This document shows, piece after piece, positions 54,450-64,000 of a DNA stretch of 64,000 nt. A program made the translations under genes and the position numbers. The notes beneath the pieces were generated by a model. The model searched no databases. It was not told the origin of the DNA and worked only from the letters and a program-made list of their open reading frames with translations. Within the stretch, counting starts at the first letter, position 1. Each line of letters begins with the position of its first letter. Origin of the DNA: Nitrospirota bacterium (lineage in GTDB: Bacteria > Nitrospirota > UBA9217); assembly GCA_963845065.1 (NCBI GenBank), contig CAWJQQ010000002.1:480001-544000 (forward strand), read 5' to 3'.

Positions 54450-54970
54450 TGCAAGATGAAAGTTACGCCGATACAGGCGCTGACCACCGCAGTATCGTTG
54501 CCGCCGGCATGGGCTAAGCCCCTATGCCCATGAAGGCGCAGGTCGCGGACAGTTCGGTGCGCTGATAGACAAAGGGAACCTCATTACCGATGATGTACCA
54601 CACCACGCCACAAAGGACGACTGTGATTACTCCAAGCAGAGAGGAAATAAAGGAAACGCAGCCGAACTGGTCGGCGAGCGAGGCCCGGAACGAACCGAGC
54701 CCCAGAGCATCAAGGACGAGAACAAAGTGTACGACGTTCTTTTTTGAAATAGTTGCTCTATCTTCATCGTCGAAACGACGGAGAGAGCAAGCAGAAGGAC
54801 AGCATACTCATAATGCCGTATCCAGAACGAAGGTTGTTGGTCGAAAGTTAAATCTCGCAGAGTCCCACCGCCGAAGGCCGTTATCATTCCCGCGGAGTAG
54901 ACAACAATGTCCCTCCTTCTTCCCGTGCCTCGTAAATTCCTGTGAGGGCAAAGGCAATGGTACCGAGCAT
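54450..54970 (-). pseudogene. TRIC/UPF0126-family membrane protein remnant
   Basis: LGTIAFALTG, ITAFGGGTLRD with several frameshifts; boundaries approximate. Confidence 0.7.
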
Positions 54971-54996
54971 CCCGATCTTTTTTATGAGTGTATTCA

Positions 54997-55464
54997 TCAG
55001 ATCACATTACTGCGCTGGGTGAATTCTTCCGGGCTTACTTTAAAGTCGAGGATCTGCCATTGTCCATTGTGCCGAATAAGCGAAATTTGTATTTCTACCG
55101 ATCCCGCCTCGAAATCAGCGCTGGCGGTGTAGTCAGCGGTAATTTCATAGCCGTTCAAGGAAATGGTTATATCCGAGTCTCCAGCCGACCCTTTATACTC
55201 TTGGAACTTCCCCAGCTGCTGGAGCGAGACGAAATATTCCTCTACATCATCGTAATCCACCGATTCGTCGAGTTCAGGGCTGGCTCGTTTTTGGAGTTCC
55301 GTGACATCCCAGTCGGAAACGATCACAGGAATAGCGGCATCAACAAAGGCCTTGCTCTCTTTGTCCAGTTTCTTTCCGATAATCGATACGGATGCGATCG
55401 TTACAGCAATGATTATAATGAATACCAAGAAAACGTAACCCAGAATCATGATCGTTTTTTTCAT
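54997..55464 (-). CDS. Hypothetical membrane-anchored protein
   Basis: N-terminal TM; QQLGKFQEY, ADFEAG, GQWQI; GGAG RBS. Confidence 0.7.
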   Translation of the reverse strand: MKKTIMILGYVFLVFIIIIAVTIASVSIIGKKLDKESKAFVDAAIPVIVSDWDVTELQKRASPELDESVDYDDVEEYFVSLQQLGKFQEYKGSAGDSDITISLNGYEITADYTASADFEAGSVEIQISLIRHNGQWQILDFKVSPEEFTQRSNVI

Positions 55465-55685
55465 GGATAGTCCTGCTCCTGCTGTTTAATCCCCGGTTTC
55501 TTCTTTCTTAAGAATAACACCATCTTAAGAGATCTTCACCGTAAATCATGTTATGACGATCGATAGAGCATAAGGTCCTCCCCGGCACAATAGGGATGCC
55601 GACTAATCCGGCTGACCACTCCCATAGTCACAGCCGGAGGCTTTTCGAGGATTGGCAAGGAAATCGCAAAAGTGACCTGCGAAAC

Positions 55686-57641
55686 TTATTGCACCAGACT
55701 ACTAAGCTCATCTAACAACTTCCCTGCACTTCCCGGCTCATGCAAAGCCACAGCCTTTGCTTCTTTCCATCTGCGCCTGAGCATCTTAACATCGTCACCC
55801 CTTGACTCTTTCTTCTTCAGGATGCGATCTATAGCTTTCAGCCTGGCTTGGACTGACTGAAGGTCAATACTAAATCGGTGATACTTCGCAGGATTGGATT
55901 TCGGGATCGAAAAATCACCCTGCGTCTTCCAGATGTCGCCCAAAAGAAGCCATGCGGCAAAAGAAGTCAGTTTGCCATCAGGCAAGGGCACGATCTTCGA
56001 CGTGGCCTTAATATCCCGGATTTGGAGTCCGCTCTTGTCAGCTATGACCTTCTGACTCCCGGTGAACGGCTCGGCTCCTTGAGTATCGTAATATTTCCAC
56101 GTTACCCGTGCGATTTGCGTCTCTGAGTCATGGCAGCTTCCACAGGAACGGGACTTGCCGTAGGGATGCGCGACCTCTTCTACCTGAAGCCACGCAAGGT
56201 AATTATTGTTCCCACGTGGCACTCTGAACGTCCCGAGAAGTGCGAATGCGTCATGAGTCTCTCCTTTTGGCCATCGGAATGTTAGCCCCGGTTTCGGTTC
56301 AATTACTTCTTTGATGCCTCCTGCACTATTTGGCCAAATTTTCGTCGGCATCCATCGGCCGCTCTGATCTTTGATCAAGATCGGCGGTTCCTGTGGGCCG
56401 TAGTACAGGGAATACTTTTTGAACGGATTCGGTTTAGAAAGGATTTCACCCGGTCCCCAAGAGGTCATCTCATAGCCGCCGAGGACCTTCACGTGGCATG
56501 CAGCACAGACAAGGTTTTTGTGAACGCTCACAGCCATCGCTTGTTCGATTTCTATGTGGCAGTCCTGGCACGTTGCCATTCGATCGATATGTCCCATGCC
56601 GCCTGGCCCCGTTTCGTGGCAACTGACGCACTCGATCTTTTTTGCAACATGAACATCCTCAGGCATGCCGGCAGGCTCCGAAAAATCCTTGCCGAGATAG
56701 CTGTCTCCCCTTCTTCGTTCCATGGTGCCAGCATGACACACGAACGTGCTTCGGCCTCCGTTGGTGCAATTTGACGACGGAGGGATGCGGCTGAACGCAT
56801 GAACGCCCTGCTTCCGCGTAGGCGCATAGTGACAGTCGAGACATCCTGCGTGGCAGATGTTGCATGCTTTCTGCTTGGCAATAGCCTGATCGCGTGAAAG
56901 CGGCAGATTTATCTGTTCAAGGATCCTGTCCGTATTCTCGAAGGAGAATTTATCGCCTTCTGCCCTGCCGACCGGCCGGGTGTCCGCGAAAGACGGGCCT
57001 CAATTATTCGGTCCGTGAATATCATTCCAGACCTGCATAGACCGCTGCCTGAAGTTTGCGCCCATAATGCTCGTGGAAAATTGTTTCACTTCCTCCGGGT
57101 GACACGAAGGTTTGCCGCAGGTTTTTTGAGCGATGCGAGGATCGTATCCTAGTGTGAGCGTGTTCCGGTCCTGATACAGGATCGTGCCTACGTCGTAATC
57201 GAGTGATCCGTCGGCGAGGCGCGGAAGCATGTTTCGCAGGCGGTCTTCGCCTGAAGGAAGCAGTTGATTGACATGGTTTTTGCGAGACATAATGTTCAGA
57301 TCATTGTCTAACACGATGAGCTTGAGCATGCCTTTGTGCGCTCTGTCGGGATCAGAGGAAAGACCGTTTCCAAGGTGGCAGTCGCGGCATTCGGTGTTCG
57401 GGTGGTGGGATTCCTTTTGCACCTGCTCCCTCGTCATCACAAACAGAGGGTATCCAAGCTTTGTCATGCGATCTTTGTCCGCATGGCAGGCAACACACTT
57501 ATCGCTAGATTGATAGCCGGAATAGAAATAGATAAATAGCAGGACGAGGACGAGTTGGACGAGCAGGATGATCATCCCGCGCTTGCTACTGAAAATACTC
57601 CAAAGTTTTCCAATTGCCATAGAATTGTATTTTGTAGACAC
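55686..57641 (-). CDS. Membrane-anchored multiheme cytochrome c with in-frame TGA (probable selenocysteine)
   Basis: ORFs 57000-57641 and 55686-56741 share one frame, separated only by TGA at 57000-57002; 8 CxxCH plus CX4CH and CX9CH. Confidence 0.85.
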
Positions 57642-57715
57642 AAACTTCAGTTTACATTATTGATTGGTTTATATTTAACTTTTGATCACAACGCAGGCGG
57701 AAGCCTTCAGTTCCG

Positions 57716-59089
57716 TTAAAACAATCTCTCCATCGCCTCATCCACGGTCCTCACACCCATGAGTTCCATCTTTTTCAGAACAGAGGTCTTTTCCAGCTTT
57801 TCCACATTGAGCTGTGGGAGCACACAGCGTGTAAACCCGAGCTTCGCTGCATCCTTGATCCTTAATTCCGCCTGGCTGATGGCCCGCACTTCACCTGCAA
57901 GGCCGACCTCACCCATTACCACGGTCTGTGCATGGATCGGCTTCTCTCGGAAGCTCGACGCTACGGCAGCAATCACGCCAAGATCGATTGCGGGCTCATC
58001 GATCTTAAGCCCCCCCACGATGTTCACGAACACGTCCATGCCCATGAGGTGCATTCCCACTCGCTTTTCGAGCACTGCGAGAAGAAGGGAGACACGATTA
58101 AAGTCCACACCAATGCAGGTCCGTCTGGGCATGGCAAGTTTCGATGGCGCTACGAGCGCCTGCACTTCAGCGAGGATTGGCCGCGAGCCTTCCAGTGACG
58201 ATACCACAACCGAGCCCGTTGCATCGGCAGGCCGTTCGGCGAGGAACAATTCGGAAGGATTAGCCACTTCGGCAAGGCCACTCTCCTTCATTTCGAACAC
58301 TCCAATCTCGTTCGTGGAGCCAAAACGGTTCTTAACCGCTCGCAATACGCGGAACGAATGCCCTTTATCTCCCTCGAAATAGAGCACCGTATCCACGATA
58401 TGTTCGAGCACGCGCGGTCCGGCAATTGCACCGTCCTTTGTCACGTGGCCAATGAGGAACGTGGGTACGCCGGTCCGTTTTGCGTGGATCATCAGCCTGC
58501 CCGAAACCTCCCGCACCTGACCCACGCTTCCTGGCGCTGACGGGAGCTCGGGCGTAAACACGGTCTGAACTGAGTCGACGACCAGGACCTGCGGTTGGAG
58601 CCCGTCCGCAGCGCGGAGGATCTCTTCGAGCTGCGTCTCGGCAAGGACATAAAGATTGTCGCTCCTGACGCCAAGGCGGAGCGCGCGCATTTTGATTTGG
58701 GCCGGAGATTCTTCGCCGGACACGTAAAGTGCCTTGCCTCTAAGCTCTGAAACCTGACGGAGCATCTGGAGTACCAAAGTAGACTTGCCGATTCCCGGAT
58801 CCCCGCCGATCAACACTACGGAACCGGCAACGATCCCGCCACCCAGCACACGGTCTAGTTCGCCGATCCTAGTCACGAACCGGTCCTCGTCACGAGCCTG
58901 GATTTCTCCCAACAAAAGTGGCTCTGATGCACCCGCTGGTTTTACACTCCCGACGGCCTTGGGCCTTTCCACCTGCTCTTCGACCATGGTGTTCCAAGCC
59001 CCGCAGTCGGTACACTTCCCCATCCATCGTGGCGATTGGCTACCGCAGGATTGGCAGACATAGACGGTCTTGCTTTTCGATGATTTCAT
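57716..59089 (-). CDS. radA: DNA repair protein RadA/Sms
   Basis: C4 zinc finger, GGDPGIGKST, KNRFG, GEVGLAGEVR. Confidence 0.97.
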   Translation of the reverse strand: MKSSKSKTVYVCQSCGSQSPRWMGKCTDCGAWNTMVEEQVERPKAVGSVKPAGASEPLLLGEIQARDEDRFVTRIGELDRVLGGGIVAGSVVLIGGDPGIGKSTLVLQMLRQVSELRGKALYVSGEESPAQIKMRALRLGVRSDNLYVLAETQLEEILRAADGLQPQVLVVDSVQTVFTPELPSAPGSVGQVREVSGRLMIHAKRTGVPTFLIGHVTKDGAIAGPRVLEHIVDTVLYFEGDKGHSFRVLRAVKNRFGSTNEIGVFEMKESGLAEVANPSELFLAERPADATGSVVVSSLEGSRPILAEVQALVAPSKLAMPRRTCIGVDFNRVSLLLAVLEKRVGMHLMGMDVFVNIVGGLKIDEPAIDLGVIAAVASSFREKPIHAQTVVMGEVGLAGEVRAISQAELRIKDAAKLGFTRCVLPQLNVEKLEKTSVLKKMELMGVRTVDEAMERLF

Positions 59090-59209
59090 GATGCAGTATT
59101 CTATTGGTTCATGGGGGGATTGTCAACGCTATTTGCAGTTTGGTAGGTCGGCATAGGAAGAGGCCTCGTCTCCATTCGCTGTTTTCCAACCGACTACGAC
59201 TGATCGTTG

Positions 59210-59527
59210 CAGTGCTTCTCGCACCCGCGCTGCGAGATCTTTCACTGAAAAAAGTTTTACGATAAATCACGGTCCCTAATCAAACATTTTTCTATTCTGG
59301 ATCAAGTCTTCCAAATATCCGCTTATAAACTGTACCTTCACCTTTCGCTGCTTTATCCTGAATGCAGTGCAAACCTCAATGCCATTCATTCTGGGCATGA
59401 TCACATCGAGAATCACAAGCTGGATGGTATCTTTATGCTTCGTGAACTGAGCAAGCATCTGCCCCGTTAAACGCTTCAATGACGGTATACCATATCCTTC
59501 AAGCACGACCTTTGTAAGCTCTCTGAC
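59210..59527 (-). pseudogene. Response-regulator receiver remnant, truncated next to an IS-like end
   Basis: QLVILDVIMPRMNG, FISGY, KLFSVKDLAARVREAL with stops/frameshifts; boundaries approximate. Confidence 0.7.
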
Positions 59528-59579
59528 CTGAACCTCCCCATAGATAAATCCTGGGCTTGTGGAGTTGCAGAGATTTCAG

Positions 59580-60068
59580 TCACGGATCAACACCGCGGTC
59601 ACGCCTCTGAAAGAGGACAACATCGTACGGCATAATGTCTTCGGCCGACTTACGCTCCATCTCGATGAAATTAGAAGGGATGTCCGGAAAGAATGCATCG
59701 CCCTCGATCTCCCGGTGGATAATAGTCAAATAAATTTTGTCCACCTGGGCAATGGTCTCGCGAAAAACGTATTCCCCACCACAGATAAATGCCTCGTCCG
59801 TTCCGGCGCATGCTGCAAAAGCCGAGATCAGATCGTGGACGACAATGCATCCGGGAGCGGAATAGCCCCGCTGGCGTGTAAGCACGATGTTTGTCCTCAG
59901 GGACAGCGACCGGCCAATGCTTTCGAAGGTATTCCTTCCCAGAATTACTGGATGCCCGCGTGTGATCCTATGGAATCGTCTGCGATCCGTGGGCAGGTCC
60001 CAAGGCATTTTATTATTCAGGCCGATCACGCGGTTCTCGGCCATGGCGGCGATGATGGAAAAAATCAT
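59580..60068 (-). CDS. folA: Dihydrofolate reductase
   Basis: IIAAMAENRVIG..MPWDLP, GRNTFESI, ICGG, EGDAFFP. Confidence 0.92.
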   Translation of the reverse strand: MIFSIIAAMAENRVIGLNNKMPWDLPTDRRRFHRITRGHPVILGRNTFESIGRSLSLRTNIVLTRQRGYSAPGCIVVHDLISAFAACAGTDEAFICGGEYVFRETIAQVDKIYLTIIHREIEGDAFFPDIPSNFIEMERKSAEDIMPYDVVLFQRRDRGVDP

Positions 60069-60431
60069 GGTTTTAGTGTTTAGGTAGTAATGCCTGAGAG
60101 TTTCAGCCATCCATGCACGTTAAATATATTTTACACGATTAATAAACATCCCGCCACTAAATCGTCTGAATGGTTGTAGTGGGATTTCAGGGATCCTGAC
60201 GGATGCGATCAGAAGGCATATGCCCTCAAATCATCTTAGTTTCACCTCCCCGCGCATTACTGTGGCCGGTTCTCGACCTAGTTGTTGCTTCTTCCTCAAT
60301 CGCATGACATACAACTTTTGCTCTTTCTATATCTCGCAGCTAGCGACATCCTGGTCCTCCTCTTTTTAAAAGCAAAAAAAAGTCATTAATACACTCTTCG
60401 CTTCCCTTTCCCTGGTGAAGAGAGTTATTTT

Positions 60432-61694
60432 TTAAGCCTGTGGGCTTGCTTTCGCACTGTCCTCCCCGATAAACCTTACACAGGCAAAACAAAAAAATGC
60501 TGCCAGCAGAATCACACCGGGTGTAACCATGAGAGCAGCCCTCAGTCCGTGCAAATCCGAGATCGACCCAAGCACCGATGGAGAAACAGCATCCCCCAGT
60601 GCATGGATAAAAAAGATGTTCACGGCAAAGGCCATGGCGCGTATGCCTGGTCTCGTTACGTTTACGATCACGGTATTAAGCGGTCCTGTATTCAGGAACA
60701 GAAAAAATTCTGCAAAGAACATTGCTGCGATACATCCAAAGAGAGAATGCGTAAACAGCGCCAATGCCGTGACCGGCGCACCGAAGAGGAACCCCCAGCC
60801 TGATACCATCAAATACCCTTCGCCGTGCTTCTTCTGAAATAGATCACCGAACCAGCCTCCGGTCAGTGTGCCGCTTATCCCTGCAAGTACCGTGATACCA
60901 CCGAATATGGTGTTCGCTTTTGCAACATCCAGTCCGTGTTCACGAAAAAGGAATGTGGGCATCCATTGGGCAAGACCGCCAAGTGCGAAAGTCATAGCTG
61001 CCATGGCCAGCGTGTTCATAACGAATGAGCGGTTCGAGAAGAGAGATCGGTAACTGTTTCCTGTACCATCTGCAGGCAATCGTGAATGTTCGTCCCTTCC
61101 TCCCCGGACGGGCACACGCAGAAACCAGAGAGGGATCGTAAGCATCAAACCTGGAACACCTGCCAGGAGAAAAGCCGCATGCCAGCCGAAAGCTTGCCCC
61201 AGGACGCCGCCGAGGAGATAACCTAGGGCGCTGCCTACAGGAATAGCAAGATAGAAATAGGACAAGACTCGGCCGCGAAGTTCCTGAGGATAATAATCAG
61301 TAAGGAGTCCAGGTGATACAGTGCCGAAGCTTGCCTCACCGATGCCAATGGTCGTTCGGGCCATAAGCAGTACTAAGTAGCTAGTAGCGAAAGAGGCTCC
61401 GCCCGTGGCACAGCTCCAGACCGCAAGGCCTCCCGCAGCAAGCTTTGCCCGGCTCATCCGATCTCCGAACCACCCAAAAAATGGCGCCGATACCATGTAG
61501 CAAATCATGAAAGCGCTACCGAGAAATCCAAGGGCGGTATCGGACAGATGAAAATCCTCTTTGATCAGGGGAAAGACTGCATACAGGACCTGGCGGTCAA
61601 TATAGTTCAGGAGATTGACTGAAAGAAGAATCAACAGGGCATAACGACCGTAATTGACAGGCAATTGTTTTTTTTCAGTGTCATCGTATCGCAT
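60432..61694 (-). CDS. Spinster-like MFS transporter
   Basis: NLLNYIDR, GIGEASF, AIPVGSALG, IHALGDA.SP. Confidence 0.9.
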   Translation of the reverse strand: MRYDDTEKKQLPVNYGRYALLILLSVNLLNYIDRQVLYAVFPLIKEDFHLSDTALGFLGSAFMICYMVSAPFFGWFGDRMSRAKLAAGGLAVWSCATGGASFATSYLVLLMARTTIGIGEASFGTVSPGLLTDYYPQELRGRVLSYFYLAIPVGSALGYLLGGVLGQAFGWHAAFLLAGVPGLMLTIPLWFLRVPVRGGRDEHSRLPADGTGNSYRSLFSNRSFVMNTLAMAAMTFALGGLAQWMPTFLFREHGLDVAKANTIFGGITVLAGISGTLTGGWFGDLFQKKHGEGYLMVSGWGFLFGAPVTALALFTHSLFGCIAAMFFAEFFLFLNTGPLNTVIVNVTRPGIRAMAFAVNIFFIHALGDAVSPSVLGSISDLHGLRAALMVTPGVILLAAFFCFACVRFIGEDSAKASPQA

Positions 61695-61816
61695 GAATTA
61701 GTTGCTACTGATATTCGCCGTCGGAAAGTAACGATTGAGCAGGGGGTTATTGCAAACTGCTGCGAACTATTTTTTATGAATGTTTTTGCAGCGGCGCTTA
61801 TCTCCCTTGTTCGAAA

Positions 61817-62527
61817 TCACATCTTTCCCTTAAGGTACCTTTTTCTTTTTCTCTCAGGGAACCGCTCGATCGCATAACGCAGCATGGTTCGAGGCATTAT
61901 CTTATAATACTGCTTCAAAAACTCTTCTTCCGTTTGCAGATCGCGCTTTCCAACCTCACGCAGCATCCAGCCGACGGCCTTGTGGATCAGGTCATGTTCA
62001 TCGCTCAGTAGCAGTTGGGAGATGATAAGTGTATCGGCAAAATCATTTTGCCTGATGAATCTGAACGTCGCCAGGATGGCTATGCGCTTCTTCCAGAGAT
62101 CTTTCGATGTTGCAAGGCTATAAAGCAGTTTTCTGTCTTTGTCCATAAGATGATGTCCCACTATGTTCGGAGATGAAAGATCAACAAGGTCCCAGTTGTT
62201 GATATGGCAGGTGTTCTTGAGGTAAAGAGAATAGATCTTTTTTTTTGCTGCTTCATCGCCGCGATCATAAGCGCCGATGAGCAGGAAAAGTGCAAGCACC
62301 CGTTCTTCATGAATTGACGACCTGAGAAGTCTCATCATATCGGCGATAGGTGTGTTTCGACATTCCTTGGCAATTTGCCTAAGTACGGGAGCGGTAATGC
62401 CCAGAAAGACATCACCCTCGCCATATTGTCCCGGTCCGGTTTTGAAAAACCGCTTAAGAACCGCGGCTTTATCCTTGTTGGCACGTTCGCGGAGTTTTCT
62501 TTGGATTTCTTCAAAAGTCATGGGCAC
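61817..62527 (-). CDS. DNA alkylation repair protein (AlkD-like)
   Basis: FFKTGPGQYGEGD, NNWDLVD, IHKAVGWMLRE, PRTMLRYAIE. Confidence 0.9.
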   Translation of the reverse strand: MPMTFEEIQRKLRERANKDKAAVLKRFFKTGPGQYGEGDVFLGITAPVLRQIAKECRNTPIADMMRLLRSSIHEERVLALFLLIGAYDRGDEAAKKKIYSLYLKNTCHINNWDLVDLSSPNIVGHHLMDKDRKLLYSLATSKDLWKKRIAILATFRFIRQNDFADTLIISQLLLSDEHDLIHKAVGWMLREVGKRDLQTEEEFLKQYYKIMPRTMLRYAIERFPERKRKRYLKGKM

Positions 62528-62590
62528 CCTTATGAATATCCCGGATGAAAACTCTGCATCCTAATCGTTGCAATTGGAGGAAATTGCATC

Positions 62591-63370
62591 TTACGTGCTG
62601 CTTCCTGCACGCTTAAGTAGTGCTGACGGAGTCTTCCATGGCAACCGGGAGTTCTGTGTGGTGCCCTCATGATCCAAACGGCCCACGAGCGTTGAAAAAA
62701 AGGGCGGTACTTCTGATGTGAAGGAGAGTTCCTTTCCATTAAAGGGATGCTTGAAGGATATCGACCGGGCGTGAAGCGCCATGCGCGGCTGAGGATCGTC
62801 TTCTTTCCCATACTTTGTATCTCCGACGATCGGATGCCCGATGCCGGCCAGGTGAACCCGTATCTGATTCTTCCTGCCGGTCAGGAGGACCAATTCCAGC
62901 AAAGAATATCTTTTCGTCATCCGAAGTACGATATAGGCGGTTTGGGACAGCTTCCCCTTATTACTGTCCGATGTTGTATAGACGTTATACCTTTTATCCT
63001 CCGCCAGGTATGAAGTAATCGTTCCCGAACTCTTTTCACACTTGCCATGAACAACGGCCAAGTACTTCTTTTCAGTCTGCTTCCATCGGTCCTGCAAACG
63101 GAGTTTCGCCTCTTCGCTCTTAGCAAAGATAAGCGTTCCGGATGTATCCCTGTCCAGTCTGTGAACGACGTAAAGGTGTTTCCTGCATCTGCCGCACCCC
63201 TTGCGGATGTACTCCGTCAAAATAGAGTGTGCGGTACGCGTTTTTTCCCTCTCAGTCGCGACGGCCAGGAGGCCCGCCGGCTTGTCCACCACGAGGATGT
63301 CTTTGTCCTCGTACAGGACCGCGAGTCCTTTCGGCAAAAACTTTGCACTCGAGTTTAATGGTTTCCGCAT
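62591..63370 (-). CDS. RluA-family pseudouridine synthase
   Basis: VDKPAGL, HRLDRDTSG, TGRKNQIRVH, GDTKYG. Confidence 0.92.
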   Translation of the reverse strand: MRKPLNSSAKFLPKGLAVLYEDKDILVVDKPAGLLAVATEREKTRTAHSILTEYIRKGCGRCRKHLYVVHRLDRDTSGTLIFAKSEEAKLRLQDRWKQTEKKYLAVVHGKCEKSSGTITSYLAEDKRYNVYTTSDSNKGKLSQTAYIVLRMTKRYSLLELVLLTGRKNQIRVHLAGIGHPIVGDTKYGKEDDPQPRMALHARSISFKHPFNGKELSFTSEVPPFFSTLVGRLDHEGTTQNSRLPWKTPSALLKRAGSST

Positions 63371-63517
63371 AGCAAGTATTCTCTGATCGATTATGGGATA
63401 TACTAGGGTCGTCACAAAACGTGCAGCTGCCCTTCTGGAAGGACCAATCGCGACGAAGTCATCTATGAAAAAGAAACTGATCCATGGTCTCACTTAGTGA
63501 CAATATCATAACTCGTA

Positions 63518-64000
63518 TTACGCATATTCGGCATGATCCTCGCCGAAAACATAGTGGATGGTCTCCCATGCTGTTTCTTCAATGGATTTGTTCGTCGTAT
63601 CCACAACTTTCCAGCTCCTATGTCGTTTCATGAGATCCCGGACGAACTCGACTTCGGCAAAGATTTTCTTGAAATCACTGTAACTGGATTTGAGCCCGAA
63701 TTGTTTTTGGCGTGCCAATCTCACCTTCTGGAGAATCTCAGGGTCTACACTTAGACAAACGATCTTGTTTTGGTCGATCTTAAATAGCTCTTCCGGTAGG
63801 GGAATGCCAGGAACAATGGGCACGTTGGCGACTTTGTAACCCTCTTGGGCAAGAAAGAAGGAAGTCGGCGTTTTTGACGTGCGAGAGAGACCGACGATGA
63901 CGATATCCGCCTCCCGCAATCGCTCGACATCCCTGCCGTCGTCGTGCTCAAGAGTATATTCAATCGCATCAATACGTTTAAAATACCGTTCATCGACCTT
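63518..64000 (-). CDS. PEP synthase/pyruvate dikinase regulatory protein (5' end outside window)
   Basis: RIDAIEYTLEHDDG, GLSRTSKTPTS, KVANVP, SIEETA. Confidence 0.9.
   Translation of the reverse strand, partial: KVDERYFKRIDAIEYTLEHDDGRDVERLREADIVIVGLSRTSKTPTSFFLAQEGYKVANVPIVPGIPLPEELFKIDQNKIVCLSVDPEILQKVRLARQKQFGLKSSYSDFKKIFAEVEFVRDLMKRHRSWKVVDTTNKSIEETAWETIHYVFGEDHAEYA

Overview
Bacterial chromosomal window; gene content suggests an anaerobic or microaerobic Nitrospirota/deltaproteobacterium-like organism (inference). 1-13.2 kb (- strand): a complex I operon, nuoABCD...nuoGHIJK. Its NADH-input module is HydABC/Hnd-like (NuoE, a thioredoxin-like ferredoxin, a long HydB-type NuoF and an FdhA-like NuoG without the metal ligand). 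A five-gene signalling cassette sits between nuoD and nuoE (DRTGG, CBS+RsbT-like kinase, DRTGG, PHP, stand-alone HATPase). This is followed by an MFS transporter, an SDR pseudogene, a frameshifted CzcCBA-type RND efflux operon behind a Fur-box promoter, and ntrBC. Two amtB genes plus a PII gene have sigma54 promoters and a shared NtrC-type upstream element, and enclose a PerR/Fur-SOD-rubrerythrin cluster. There are at least five TnpB-related elements or relics: two IS1341-type copies, one miniature element, one IS607 relic and one divergent relic. The IS607 tnpB is interrupted by an 860-bp transposase-less cassette with terminal inverted repeats and a target duplication, carrying a DUF433/DUF5615 toxin-antitoxin pair. 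A 651-codon multiheme cytochrome c has a single in-frame TGA (probable selenocysteine). The remainder is housekeeping (sppA, aroF, radA, folA, AlkD-like, RluA-like, PpsR-like). All assignments come from motif recognition by eye; no database searches were run.
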